A stretch of 63,699 nucleotides of DNA, filler included, from Basidiobolus ranarum (lineage: Eukaryota): the NCBI GenBank assembly GCA_040143965.1. It is 12 parts of 12 records of this genome, joined end to end, with 100 filler letters (N's around TTAATTAATTAA, not from the genome) between each part and the next. Parts side by side here need not be neighbours in the genome. Positions count along the whole stretch, not along the records: positions 47,881 to 53,089 come from JASJQH010001668.1; positions 53,190 to 58,396 come from JASJQH010001669.1; positions 58,497 to 63,699 come from JASJQH010001670.1; 9 more parts are not named here. The stretch is one strand, 5' to 3'. Both the position numbers and the translations under genes were made by a program. This document shows positions 51,495-63,170 of the stretch, piece by piece (position 1 is the stretch's first letter; every line of letters starts with the position of its first letter). Below the pieces are notes generated by a model. It had not been told where the DNA came from. It saw only the letters and a list, made by a program, of their open reading frames with translations, and searched no databases.

Positions 51495-53089
51495 TTAGGG
51501 TCAGGGGGAGACAGTTACCAAAAGGTGAAATCTTTATTTCAAACAAAACAAAGAAGCCATTGTTAAAGCATTTTGACAGCCTGTTGGAAATGGTTTGGTG
51601 AATTAGATAAATTGGTGGTTTTCACTTATTTATTTATTTAGTTGAAAGTTGACATTTATAGTTTCATCAAGATGTAAACAAATTAGTATGTAGAATGTGT
51701 TAAGGAAGGTCCCAGGAATATGCAAGCAAAGTTTGGGACTTCTTTGAAAAATAGCAACATCAATTTTCCATTCCATATAGAGCAAAACAAAATGGAGTTG
51801 CTGAGAGGATGAATAGAACTTCAGTGGAGAAAGCACATACAATGCTGATTGATTTAGCTCTGCCTAAGATCTATTGGGGTACAAGTTTGAAAAATCTATA
51901 TATCTGAGAACTTCTAAGTTGGTAAAAATATTTTAAGTATATTCTGAAATTCAATAATTGGTGCTCTCTTAATGAAATATAAAATGACTAAATATTAAGC
52001 TATTTTTGACTATATTGATGTATAGGCTATGCTTATTCCAACAATATATACTTGTCCACTGTTACTAGATGACTTGTTTGGAGTTTGTATATATATATAC
52101 TTAACTGCTATTACTATAAATGATGTTGCACAAGCCCACAATCCCATCTTTGGATGCATTAAATGTGGAAGAATAGGGGGATGATAAACACCACAGGGTA
52201 TAATATTTATTTAAAAAGTAGATAAACAACTATTAAATAAATAAGTTAATGTAGCATGAGATGCTTACAATGTATATTGAGTTTAAAATATAAAGAAAAT
52301 AAAATAGTATGAAAATACTGCAATTAGTTAAAACTCTTGGAGTTTGCAATATCCCATAGATGTTGAATGTCAAAGTCTAGCAGAGAATGAAGTCAACTGC
52401 TTGATCACTATAGTAATTTGTTAGAAAATTGGTGAATTATAGAGAGGGAGAGCTTAGGGGGATGAAAAGCACCACAAGGTGTAATCTTTATTTATCTCAA
52501 GTCATACAACATAAATAAACACAGAAGCCATATTGAAAGTAAAAGTCAAAGGTGTAGCTAACTAAGACTTATTTAGGGCAGCATCCTAAATCTCATCATA
52601 AAAGATAGAAGTGTGGAGTTAAAGCGCCTTAGCTTGGGAAATGTAGAAGTCTTTCAAGAGTTTTGTAACAAGTGGAGAGGGGGAATTTCTCATAAGTGAA
52701 GTAAATCTTTTAAGCAGAGTGTCCTTTGAAGAAAAGGGATCATAGAGTGGTGTTCCAGAATTTTTTTGGAAGCAATGAGCACCTGGCTGCCTGGGTTAAG
52801 GTTAGGGAGCATGAAGAGCACCAGAAAGTGTGGACTTTATTTAGCTTATATACTAATCTAAACAAAGTGACATTCAAGACATCAATATTTTAAGATATTG
52901 TGACAATTCTGTATCATATCCATACTTAACTTGATGACCAATGTAATCAAGCTCAGAGGATGTAAATATAGTGTTAAGGGGCAAAGGTGGTAGGCAGAAA
53001 GGAAGGTACTCAGTGCAAACCAGATGGACAATAGGACAAAAACCTGGAATAATGGGAATTAAGAAAGGTGTCTTGGAGGCAAGGTATTG
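51495..53089 (-). mobile_element. Chain of four truncated putative retroelement 3' ends sharing a ~39-bp terminal module
   Basis: Consensus TAGGGGGATGAAAAGCACCACAAGGTGTAATCTTTATTT at about 51503, 52174, 52455 and 52803. Each has a TTAGGG-like left junction and is followed by a decayed minus-strand ORF C-terminus. Confidence 0.55.
51561..52043 (-). mobile_element. Family-A solo LTR carrying a 137-bp copia integrase insert (51744-51880, + strand)
   Basis: TG..CA LTR collinear with 37546-37887 except for an insert encoding QHQFSIPYRAKQNGVAERMNRTSVEKAHTMLIDLALPKIYWG. Confidence 0.88.
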
Positions 53090-53189
53090 NNNNNNNNNNN
53101 NNNNNNNNNNNNNNNNNNNNNNNNNNNNNNNNNTTAATTAATTAANNNNNNNNNNNNNNNNNNNNNNNNNNNNNNNNNNNNNNNNNNNN

Positions 53190-53791
53190 ACTCATAGCAT
53201 TTATTCTCAGCCACCAATTCATAGCATTTATTCTAAGCTGTTTCTTTATATAAGCAACCCTTCCCCCTATTGAAAAAGCTTCTAGCCTTAGCACCATCCA
53301 AAACTACACCATATTCTTTATCCTTTCCTTAACTAGATATTCTACCCTGTATCATAGTAAGATAATAAAGATTCCTATTGCAACTCAACTAGGCTTGACT
53401 ATTGAAGATTGCAGTACAGATTCTTTCATAGTTATCTTCACTTTTACAGTCATAGAATATATCCAACTCTTAATCAAAGTCTTTGCCAATCTCAAAAGAA
53501 CTATATCTTTTCTTCAGACTTCAAGTTAGAGAAACCACCAGAGTTTTATCTACCCTTGTAGTATTGAGGATTTTTGATAGTTCTATTATCAGAAATAATC
53601 TTTTCTCATAAAGTCTTCAAGCTATTGACATACTGAAGTGTGTCTTTACCCTTTAAAGATAGAGTGAAGAATATATCTCCTATCAATATTTTTAAGCTTC
53701 CAGTATAAAAAATTCAGCTTTGCTGGAGATTTGTAGTGGGATTAAGCTTTATTACTGAATATTTAAGTTAACACCCCTATCCCACACTACA
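53190..53791. mobile_element. LTR family D (gypsy-like termini), truncated by the contig start, inserted in a copia RT
   Basis: About 590 bp closely matching 56255-56841; ends CCCACACTACA and is followed by ATGT. Confidence 0.85.
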
Positions 53792-56700
53792 ATGTACTTA
53801 GATCAAATCAGAGTATGGATTTGCTTAATATATTGATATGGATCTGCAGGCCTAAAAAATACATAAATATATCTAAATCAGTCAACTTGAATTGGACTAA
53901 TAGATGCCTATTGGCATTCCGGGGAGCTTCATCACTATTAGTAGCTATAATCAGATTATCTACATATATGGGAAGTATCACCTTACTATCCTTATTTCTT
54001 TTAATGTAGATCCCAGAATCTGCCACACTATTTTGGAAATCAAGTGATTCTAAGTATCTGTCTCTGTTAGTGTACCAGGCCCTAAGCAATTGTTCAAGTC
54101 CTTAAGGTGAATTTTGTAGATTTCACACATCCTCAGTATGCTCAGGAGCCACAAGAACCTCTGGTTGATCCATTAATATATTCTCTTCCAAGTCCCCATT
54201 CTAAAAAGCAGTTTTAACATCCATTTGATGGATTTTGAAGCTGTGTTTTGCAGCTACTGCTAGTATGGTTTTGATGGAGTCAAGCTTTGCTACAGGAGCA
54301 GATATTTCATTGTAGTCCACTCCTTCCATTTGAAAGTATCCTTTAGCAAAAAGTCTGGCTTTATATCCTTCTACAGATCCATCATCTTGCCGTTTATCTT
54401 CAAACACCCATTTGTATCCAATTCATTTTTGGTCATCAGGTAACTTAATAAAAGTCCAGGTTTGGATATCTATGAGTGACTGATACTCCTCTGCCATTGC
54501 AGCTCTCCAAAACATTGGTTTGGGACTCTCCATGTCCTCCTGTACTGATTTGGGTCTATCAGAAAAGGCTAAATTGGCACTAGGCTTCTTTTGGCTGGTG
54601 TGAGAGTAGTAATCAGGAAGAGATCTCATCCAACTGGATCTCCTAAGATGGAAAACTGGCACCACAACTTCTGGTACCAACTTAGGCAATAACACCACCT
54701 CAGGCTTGGTTGAGGAGACTGCAGATGAGGTATTTTCAATGTTTTTCTGACCGATCAGGATCTGGTGAGAGAAAAAAGAATTTTCATCAATTTTGATTGC
54801 TACTCTTGATCCTGGATTGCTTTGATTGAAAATTTTTTCTTCAGTAACTTTCATATCTCTTGATTTGATTAGCTTCTTATTATCTGTGTCATATAGTCTG
54901 TACCCTTTTGTTCCATTGCAATATTCTAAAAAAGACATTTCAGGCTTTTTTGGTCTGATTTTGATCTCTGCTGGTCTGAAATCATTGCATATGTGGTATT
55001 TCCAAAAACTCCAAGATTAGCCACATCAGGATTACTTCCAAACCAAGCTTAATAGGATGGCATAGCCAATAGGGACATAAAAGGACATCTACTCCTAATA
55101 TTTACTGCAGTTGCAATCCATTCATCTCAGAATTGTTTTGGTAGATCTTGATCATGAAGCATTGATCTTGCCTTTTCATTGTTGATCTGTTTGCACATTG
55201 TGCTACTCCATTCTGCATTGGGGAACTTGGTACTGTAGTCTGCTGTTTTTCCCATGTGTTGAGCAGAAGTTAGAGCAGAGTTTTGAGTTGTATTTTGCTC
55301 CATTAACAGTACTGTTGATCTTGATCTTTAGACCTGTGTTAGACTCTACCATAGCTTTGAATTTCTTAAAAGTATCAAAGGCCCCATCCTCACTGGCTAT
55401 AAAATGCACACAAGTATAATTTGTCTTATCACCAATAAAGGGCATAAAATACCTTTTTCCACCAAAGGATTTTGTCTGTATTTGGCCACACAGATATGAA
55501 TTTATCAGGCCCAATTTTTGATCCATTTTGCTCTTTCCAGAGCCCACAAACTGCTGTCTGTATTGCCTATCATGTAGGTAACCTTCATATAGCTCCAGAT
55601 CTGGGGGATTTACAATATTAAGTCTCAAAAGCATCTTGTTTTTGATTAAATTTCTCATATTTTCAGCTCCTAGATAACCCAATCTCCTACGCCAGATTTT
55701 CCAGTCTATCTCTTCAGCTGTGGCAGCTTTAACTTGTTCATATATTGGCCCAATATAAAAAAGTTTATACAAGTTGTTTGGCTTAGCTCCAGAAGCTATG
55801 TTGTAGTGTTGGAAATATTCCAACCATATCTTGCACATAATAAGTAGGAAGAATATTATATAATGCTCTCTTATAATATTTTACAGATCAAGAAAAAGAA
55901 CAAGAATGTTCAATCTCTGATAGTTATATCAATACTTAGCTTATTACAGTAACTCTAACAATAATCAAAAACATGAAATTAGAGCTTTGCAACCATGCAA
56001 TAATCATAAGATTTGATCAATTATTGGTGGAGCTACAACCATTTCAAAATTGCCAACACAAAAGTAACACTAGCATATATTCAGAACACTGGAATTCAGG
56101 ACCTCAAGATGCTCACAAAATTGGTGTTAACTCTTGAACCAGCTCATGGATCCTCTTCAATCTTTGCATAGAGCTGTGACAGTATTTGATGCTGATGTGG
56201 TCAAAGTTTCAAAGCCACAGCTGCTAAATTAGTGACTATTTTGGCGCTTCGATGCTAAGCCACCCATTCATAGCATTTATTTTAAGCTGTTTCTTTATAT
56301 AAGCAACCCTTCCCCCTAGTGAAAGAAGCTTCTAGCCTTAGCACCATCCAAGACTGCCCTATATTCTTTATCCTTTCATTAAATAGATATTTTACCCTGC
56401 ATCATAATAAGATAATAAAGATTCCTATTGCAACTCAACTAGGCTGGATTATTGAAGATTGCTGTTCAGATTCTTTCAAAGTTATCTTGACTTTTACAGC
56501 CATGGAATATATCCTACTCTTCATCAAAGTCTTTGCCAAGCTCAAAGGAACTGTATCCTTTTCTTCAGACTTCAAGTTAGAGAAACAACCAGAGTTTTAT
56601 CTACCCTTGTAGTATTGAGGATTTTTGATAGTTCTATTATCAGAAATAATCTTTTCTCATGAAGTCTTCAAGCTACTTACATACTGAACTATGTCTTTAC

Positions 56701-57835
56701 CCTTTAAATATCAATGAAGAGTTTATCTCCTATCAATATTTTTAAGCTTCCAGTATAAAAAACTCAGCTTTGCTGGATATTTGTAGTGGGATTAAGCTTT
56801 ATTACTGAATATTTAAGTTACCACCCCTATCCCACACTACAATGTAAATCGCTTTTTGATCCCTGATTTTACAGCCATTTTGATCAAAATAAAGGCTATA
56901 TCCCTCAGATGTAGCTTTACTCACTGATGACAATTTTTTGATATCCCAGGCACATATAGCGCATTTTTCAGTGTCAAATACATATCCCCAGAAATGCCCC
57001 CAAAGCCCACATGAACTTCTCCCACTCCCAAAGCTTCTAGTGGCTGGTCATCTCCTGTATAAACCTTCTTGTTTATGTCAGTTTTGAGTGTCTTAAACCA
57101 GTTTTGTTGATTAGAGAAACATTGAGCAACTCCAGAATCAATATACAACATCCTACTATTTTGTACATAGGTCACTGATAGGGCACAAATGAATAAAACT
57201 TTCTCTTCAATTAAACCTGATTTGCTTGTTCTGTCTTCTCATTTTTGTTGTAATGTCTTGATTTGCAATCTCTTAACTGGGGTCCTGGTTTGTTACAACC
57301 ATAGCATAAACCTGGTTTCCTTCTTTTGTAACCTTATACTTGCCAAAGCTACATTTTCCAGCTCCAAAAAGAGCCACTTCATCAGATTCTTTTTCAAAGG
57401 TTTTACTAGTGAGGTGTTGATCCATTAGTCTTGCCACAACAAGCTCCAAAGATAACTTGACAGATCTTGCTTCTCAAGCTGTGACCAAGTTTGAAGACTG
57501 TTCTGGCAGACTACTTAGAAGAGTTATAATGACATCTTCCTGTAAAGTTGCACCAGCTTTTTCCAGTTGTTTTGTCAAAGATCTCACATTTGCAATATGA
57601 GTAACCATGCTTTCAGACTTTTCCAACTTTATATTGAAGAATATTTGTCTGAGAAAGAGTTTATTTGTAAGACTGTTTCTTCATAACACTCTTCCAATAT
57701 AGTCCAAGCTTAATGAGAAGTCTTTGCATATTGAATATTCACAAGTTGTGAGTTCTTCAAACTTTAACAAATGACATTAAAGACCTTCTTGTCACTTTTC
57801 TTGTAAGCTTCCAATGAAGAAGGCTTGGAAGGTTT
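53792..57835 (-). mobile_element. Decayed Ty1/copia gag-pol (gag, protease, integrase, RT), interrupted by LTR D
   Basis: YIDSGVAQCF (protease), IWRRRLGYLG (gag-pre-integrase), LCGQIQTKSFGGKRYF (integrase), YKARLFAKGYFQMEGVDY and HQMDVKTAF, LPIYVDNLII (RT). Integrase precedes RT, as in copia; many stops and frameshifts. Confidence 0.93.
55802..56841. mobile_element. Complete 1040-bp solo LTR (family D) with 4-bp TSD ATGT
   Basis: TGTAGTG...CACTACA inverted termini; ATGT at 55798-55801 and 56842-56845. Removing the insert restores the copia frame ..DQKAIYI/ASGAKPNNLYKL. Confidence 0.92.
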
Positions 57836-57850
57836 GTTATAACCGTAGCA

Positions 57851-57866
57851 TAACCCTAACCCTAAC
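57851..57866 (-). repeat. Short telomere-type tract (TAACCC)2TAAC at a copia/CACTA junction
   Basis: TAACCCTAACCCTAAC lies between copia gag and CACTA-like transposase sequence. Confidence 0.5.
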
Positions 57867-58396
57867 ATCAAACTTGATATTAGCCATAAGCCTAAGATTA
57901 TATTGGTAAAGGGGATCAGCTGGAGCCAGAGCTTCCCTTTAGGCACTATGCACTTACTATTCAACAACATTCCAATACTACTTACTCAGCTATATAGTGG
58001 AAAATCAATATGAATGAGCCATTAAAGATAGGATCAAAGTTTGAATCGATTGGGAAAATGCTTGAAAACATCAAGATACCATCATATTTTACCAGGACTC
58101 CCATCAATATTGACTCATCTAGGCACTTATTCAAATGCAAAGACTGGAAGTATTGGATTTATATATATTCAAGTGGAATTTTGAAAAGATTTCTGCATGA
58201 TAAGTATTGGCAACATTGGGAGGTGTTTGTCGATATTGTTAATATATTCTTACAGCATCAACTCACATTGGCAGATCTCAGGCAGATACAGCAACTGTGC
58301 AAAGATTTGGTAATTCGACAACATAAACTTTATTACAGGTTTAAAGAAGATCCACTGAATCCATGCTGGTATTAGCTGCTATTCTTTCTTATCCAA
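57862..58396 (+). mobile_element. CACTA/EnSpm-like transposase fragment
   Basis: PLGTMHLLFNNI, IPSYFTRTP and FKCKDWKYWIYIYS; a close paralogue of 58770-59280. Confidence 0.75.
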
Positions 58397-58496
58397 NNNN
58401 NNNNNNNNNNNNNNNNNNNNNNNNNNNNNNNNNNNNNNNNTTAATTAATTAANNNNNNNNNNNNNNNNNNNNNNNNNNNNNNNNNNNNNNNNNNNN

Positions 58497-60000
58497 TAAT
58501 TGTTATCTAATGGGGTTTAGATGGGTGAATACTTTATTAAAGCTAATATCATTGTATGTATTGGTGACACTCCTGCCATCAGTGAACTTGGAGGTTTTTG
58601 TGGGCACAATGCACTACCTTGCTGTAGATTTTGTCAAATCAATGGAGTATACTCTAACAGGCATACACATTACTACCATCCAAATATAACACTAAACTTC
58701 ATGATTTTACCATCAAGAGCCTGATCAGATTTCAACATGATCACTGATATCAATTCACCAAATAGTCAGTCTAACATCAAACTTGGTGTTAGGCATAAGC
58801 CTACAATTATATTGCTAAAGGGGATCAGCTGGAGCCAGAGCTTCCCATTAGGCACTATGCACTTACTATTTAACAACATTCCAATACTACTTACTCAGCT
58901 ATATAGTAGAGAATTCAATGTGAATGAGCCATTTGAGATAGGATCAAAGTTTGAATTGATTGGGAAAATGCTTGAAAACATCAAGATACCATCATATTTT
59001 ACCACGACTCCTATCAATATCCACTCATCTAGGTATTTTTTCAAATGCAAAGACTGGAAGTATTGGATTTGTATATATTCAAGTGGAATTCTGAAAAGAC
59101 TTCTGACTGAAAAGTATTAGCATCATTGGGAGTTGTTTGTTGATATTGCAAATATATTTTTACAGCATCAACTCACATTGGCAGATCTCAGGCAGATACA
59201 GCAACTGAGCAAAGATTTTGTATTTAGATATGAAAAACTTAATTACAGGTTTAAAGACAATAGACTGAATCTATACTGGTATTCAATAATAATCTGATGG
59301 TATTTTTAGGAAAGCTCCAAGACAGACTTCTTGGTGAGATAGATCAAGATATGCAGTATTATCATTTTAGCCATGAGGTAATCTATTCAAGCAATGACAC
59401 ATGTACTTGTTGCAGGACATTTGTGGACTGCAAGTCAGGGATATATTCGCTGAATTCTGTATGGAAATTGCCAAAATCCAAGAGCTTATTCTCATTGTGA
59501 ACAGTAACAAGAGTCAGCTATTTGCCAAGTGTCAGTGCTATTCAAAATTACAGATCTTTAGCAATTTTTCCACCATTAGTTTGCTGGTAAAGCATATTGA
59601 TGTTGTTGAGTATGTCTAATCATTTAAGTATGTGCATATGTAGAGACTAAACACAACAAGATTCTAGTAATTTTTGATTCTCATAATGGCTGGAATACAA
59701 AGCCAAAAATATCTAAATAATGGCATGCATATTAATTCAAATTCCTACAGCAGTAAACCCAGCAACTTGCCATTTGAAAATTAGATTTTTGTAAAAATTG
59801 CTGGATATTGAATAATGTATGCCAAATTTGAGGATGAATATTTTAACTTGTATGTATACCATCAAAATATCATCAAGAAACCACCATTACACCATTAAAA
59901 TCCCTGGTGGAATGCAAGCCACCAATGTTGTGATGGTTCTCTGATGGTTTTACTATTTCAGAGGTAGATCCAATCTGGATCAAATTGATTTTATCTTTGT
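58497..60000 (+). mobile_element. CACTA/EnSpm-like transposase pseudogene and downstream element sequence
   Basis: CIGDTPAISELGGFCGHNALPCCRFCQING, PLGTMHLLFNNI and FKCKDWKYW fit the D.PA/GH/CxxC, MH and FKxxEW pattern of Tnp2-type transposases; contains stops. Confidence 0.75.
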
Positions 60001-60009
60001 TTGGTTTAA

Positions 60010-61720
60010 GTTACCTAATGACCAAATATCAATTGGATGCAAATGGGTGTTTACAGTTAAACAGCAAGCTGATGGCTCTGTAGAAAGATATCATGCTAGA
60101 CCGTGGCTAAAGGATACTCTCAAATGGAAAGAGTGGACTACAATAAAATATCGGCTCCTGTAGCAAAGTTTAATTCCATCAGAACTGTACTGGCAGTAGC
60201 AGCAAAACACAGTTTAAACATCCATCAAATGTATGTTAAAACTGCTTTTTTGAATGGGAACTTGGAAGAGGATGTATTCATGGATGAACCAGATGGTTTT
60301 GTGGATACTGAGCACCCTGAGGATGTGTGTAAGCTACAAAAATCACTTTATGGACTTAAACAATCACCCATGACCTGGTACACTAAGATAGACAAATATT
60401 TGGAATTATTTGATTTCCCAAAGATTACAGCAGATTTTGGAATCTACTTTGAGACAGATAAAGATGGTAAGTTGATCATTGCCTTATATATATATGATCT
60501 GATTATAGCTACCAATAATGATGAAGCTCTCAGGAGCACCAAAAGAGATATATCTGTCAAATTCAAGATGACCAATTTAGATAAGCTTATGTATTTTTTA
60601 GGCCTGCAGATCTATAAAAATATATTGAGCAAATCTATTACTATGAATCAATCTAAATATATCTCAGGCATTCTCAGATGGTACAGGATGGAGAATTGTA
60701 AGCCAGTAGCAATTCCAATGGATCCAGGTATGAAACTAGTCAAAAATCCATCAAAAATGATGAAAAGGCCAAATATGGCTCAAAGTAAGTTAATTGAAAG
60801 CCCTGAGTTCCCTTATCAATCCATGGTAGGTAGTTTGATCTATGCTATGACTGGAACCTGGCTAGATATCTCTTTTGCAGTAGGAGTAGTTAGCCAACAT
60901 GTGCAAAACTCAGGATCTGAGCATTAGGCAGCAGTTAAGCAGATTTTCAGATATTTGAAGAGGACAATTGATCTTGGATTAAGATATACATATTCTTATG
61001 AGAATAAGGATCTAATTGGGCTTAGTGATGCAAATTGGGGATGAGATACTGAGGACAGTAGATCTATCACTGGATATATCTTTCTCTATAGTGAAGCAGC
61101 CATATTTAGGAATAGCAAGAAACAACCCACCATAGCACTTTCAGCAACTGAAGCAGAATACATGGCAGCTTCACATACAGCCAAGGAGGCTATGTGGCTA
61201 AGGAAACTGTTCAAAGACTTGCGCATTTTTCGAAGTTCACCCTCCATAATTTTCAAGGATAATCAAATTTGTATTTCTTTAGCTAAAAATCACAAATTTC
61301 ATGCTAGAAGTAAGCACATTGACATTCCACATCCCTTTGTTAGGGAAGCCATTGTGAATAAGCATGTCCAACTAGAGTAATGTGCAACTGAGGACATGAG
61401 TGCTGACATCCTTACCAAACCATTATGCAGGCTAAAATTTGAAGAATTAAGATTTAAGTTAAGATTAGGATATATGAATATTTAGTTGAGTGGGAGTGTT
61501 GAATTTTATTGTCTTTATGATATTTGTTATATCTATCTTTATACACCTAACTATTGCATATATCACATATAAGTTAGTTCAGATTACTTAGTCAAATACC
61601 ACTTAACTGAAAATTGGAACATATATTATATATATGTGAATAATGTGAGAATTAGCAATTCCGTATTGGAAATTACAAACTCATCCAAACTGCCACAAAG
61701 ATAGCTCATTTACTCTCACA
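60010..61720 (+). mobile_element. Decayed Ty1/copia RT-RNase H, PPT (61485-61496) and LTR (family B, from 61497; right end uncertain)
   Basis: GCKWVF, AKGYSQ, HQMYVKTAFLNG, KSLYGLKQ, LYIYDLII, SDANWG, TIALSATEAEY, DNQ, RSKHIDI and ADILTK motifs, then GAGTGGGAG-TGTTGAA. Confidence 0.93.
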
Positions 61721-61899
61721 GATGTTCTGATACAACCCCAGTGTTAGTTTCCTGTATTTCCACCAAAATGTACAAATGCTTTATTTCTGGACCATAAATA
61801 ATTATCTTACAAAGCTATTCACAACTTCACTTTTCTAAAGTTCCTCCAAATAGCCCATATTTTCCCAATACAAAGATTACTTGTTCATACCTGCTCTAT

Positions 61900-63170
61900 C
61901 TACAACTGCCAACAAGGATTCCCAGATGAGGCATATTAATTCTAGATCCTGCCCACATTTTGCAAATGAAAAGTATTAACTTTTGAATTATGAAGAAATC
62001 CAATTTACAAAGGTTTTCATGGGGGATGACTGCACATTTGATGCTATTTGAATGGGAACAATTCAAGTCAATCTAGCTGGGGCTTCTGAGGCAAAAGCTC
62101 ATACTTTAAGGATGTGCAACATGTTTCAGATATTGCCAAGAATTCAATATCTATATGCAAGGCCACCTCACAAAGACTAATATTCAATTTTGATAAGTCA
62201 TGATGCACCATCACTGATCAAAATGAGAATTATTTAGCCTTGGGAGACAAGGAATAGAATTGATACAAACTTACATAGAATCCAAGAGGTCAATGTGGAA
62301 ATATAAGTTATTTGAGTTTAGAAACTAATCAATTATACCTACGAAAAATATTGGAAAGAATATCAGAGGAAAACAAGAGAAAACACAAATATAGGGGCAG
62401 AAATATTGTAAGAAAATGAGAGGAAAAAAAGACTGGTAGAGAAACCATTAGAATGTTGTTGCAATACCAGCATAGTACCATTATTAAACAGTCAGAAAAT
62501 AGTATGAAATTCAAACTTAAATTTTTTTTGTTAGGGTTATGGCTTAAGAGATTTGGCCATATTGGATTTGATTATTTGAGTAAAATGATCAAAAAATACC
62601 TAATATCTGGAATTCAAAATACGCCCCCAACCAAAATGGAAACTTCTGAGGGTTGTACATTTAGAAAACAAGCCAGGAATCCATTCAAGAGCTCTGGTTT
62701 AATCAAATATGTCAAAAAATTGGATCTAATTCATTCAGATTTGTGTGGACCTTTGCAAAATTTATCTCTAGGTGGAAAAGACACTTAATCACATTTATTG
62801 AGGACTATATAAGAAACACTTAGGTCTACTTTATAGGGAGAAAAGAAGAAGCTCTTTCTATCTTTAGAGATTTTAAAACATTTGTGAAGACTGAAACTGG
62901 AGCTAAAATCAAGAAAATATGTACTAATTATGGTGGAGAATAAACTTCAACACTATTTAAGCACTTTTGCAAAGTGCATGGAATTAAGCAAGAAACTACT
63001 GCCCCCTATTCACCTCAACAAAATGGAGTTGCTCAAAGAGCTAACAGGCCTATAATAGAAATGGCAAGATCTATGATAAATGCATAAAATATATCTTGTA
63101 ACTTTTTGGTAGAATCTGTTGCTACAGGTGTATATCTCAAGAATAGGAGTTTTACTAGAATTTTGTCTAT
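61900..63170 (+). mobile_element. Second decayed copia fragment (protease, gag-pre-integrase, integrase core)
   Basis: LWLKRFGHIG, LDLIHSDLCGP and TAPYSPQQNGVAQRANRPIIEMARSM, with multiple stops. Confidence 0.88.

Noticed and set aside
51495-52842. Repeat-spacer pattern read as a CRISPR array
   Set aside because: The repeats are degenerate, spacers are 150-310 bp and partly homologous to each other, the context is eukaryotic, and there are no cas genes.
5235-58496. Regularly spaced TTAATTAATTAA palindromes every ~5.3 kb, and any gene cluster spanning them
   Set aside because: These are artificial N-padded linkers between size-sorted contigs, so the periodicity and cross-linker neighbourhoods are not biological.
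62330-62540. ~200-bp A-rich insertion in a copia fragment ending T8-GTTAGGGTTA
   Set aside because: The T-tract is on the wrong side for a retroposed poly(A) tail, the TTAGGG overlaps copia codons, and no TSD was found.
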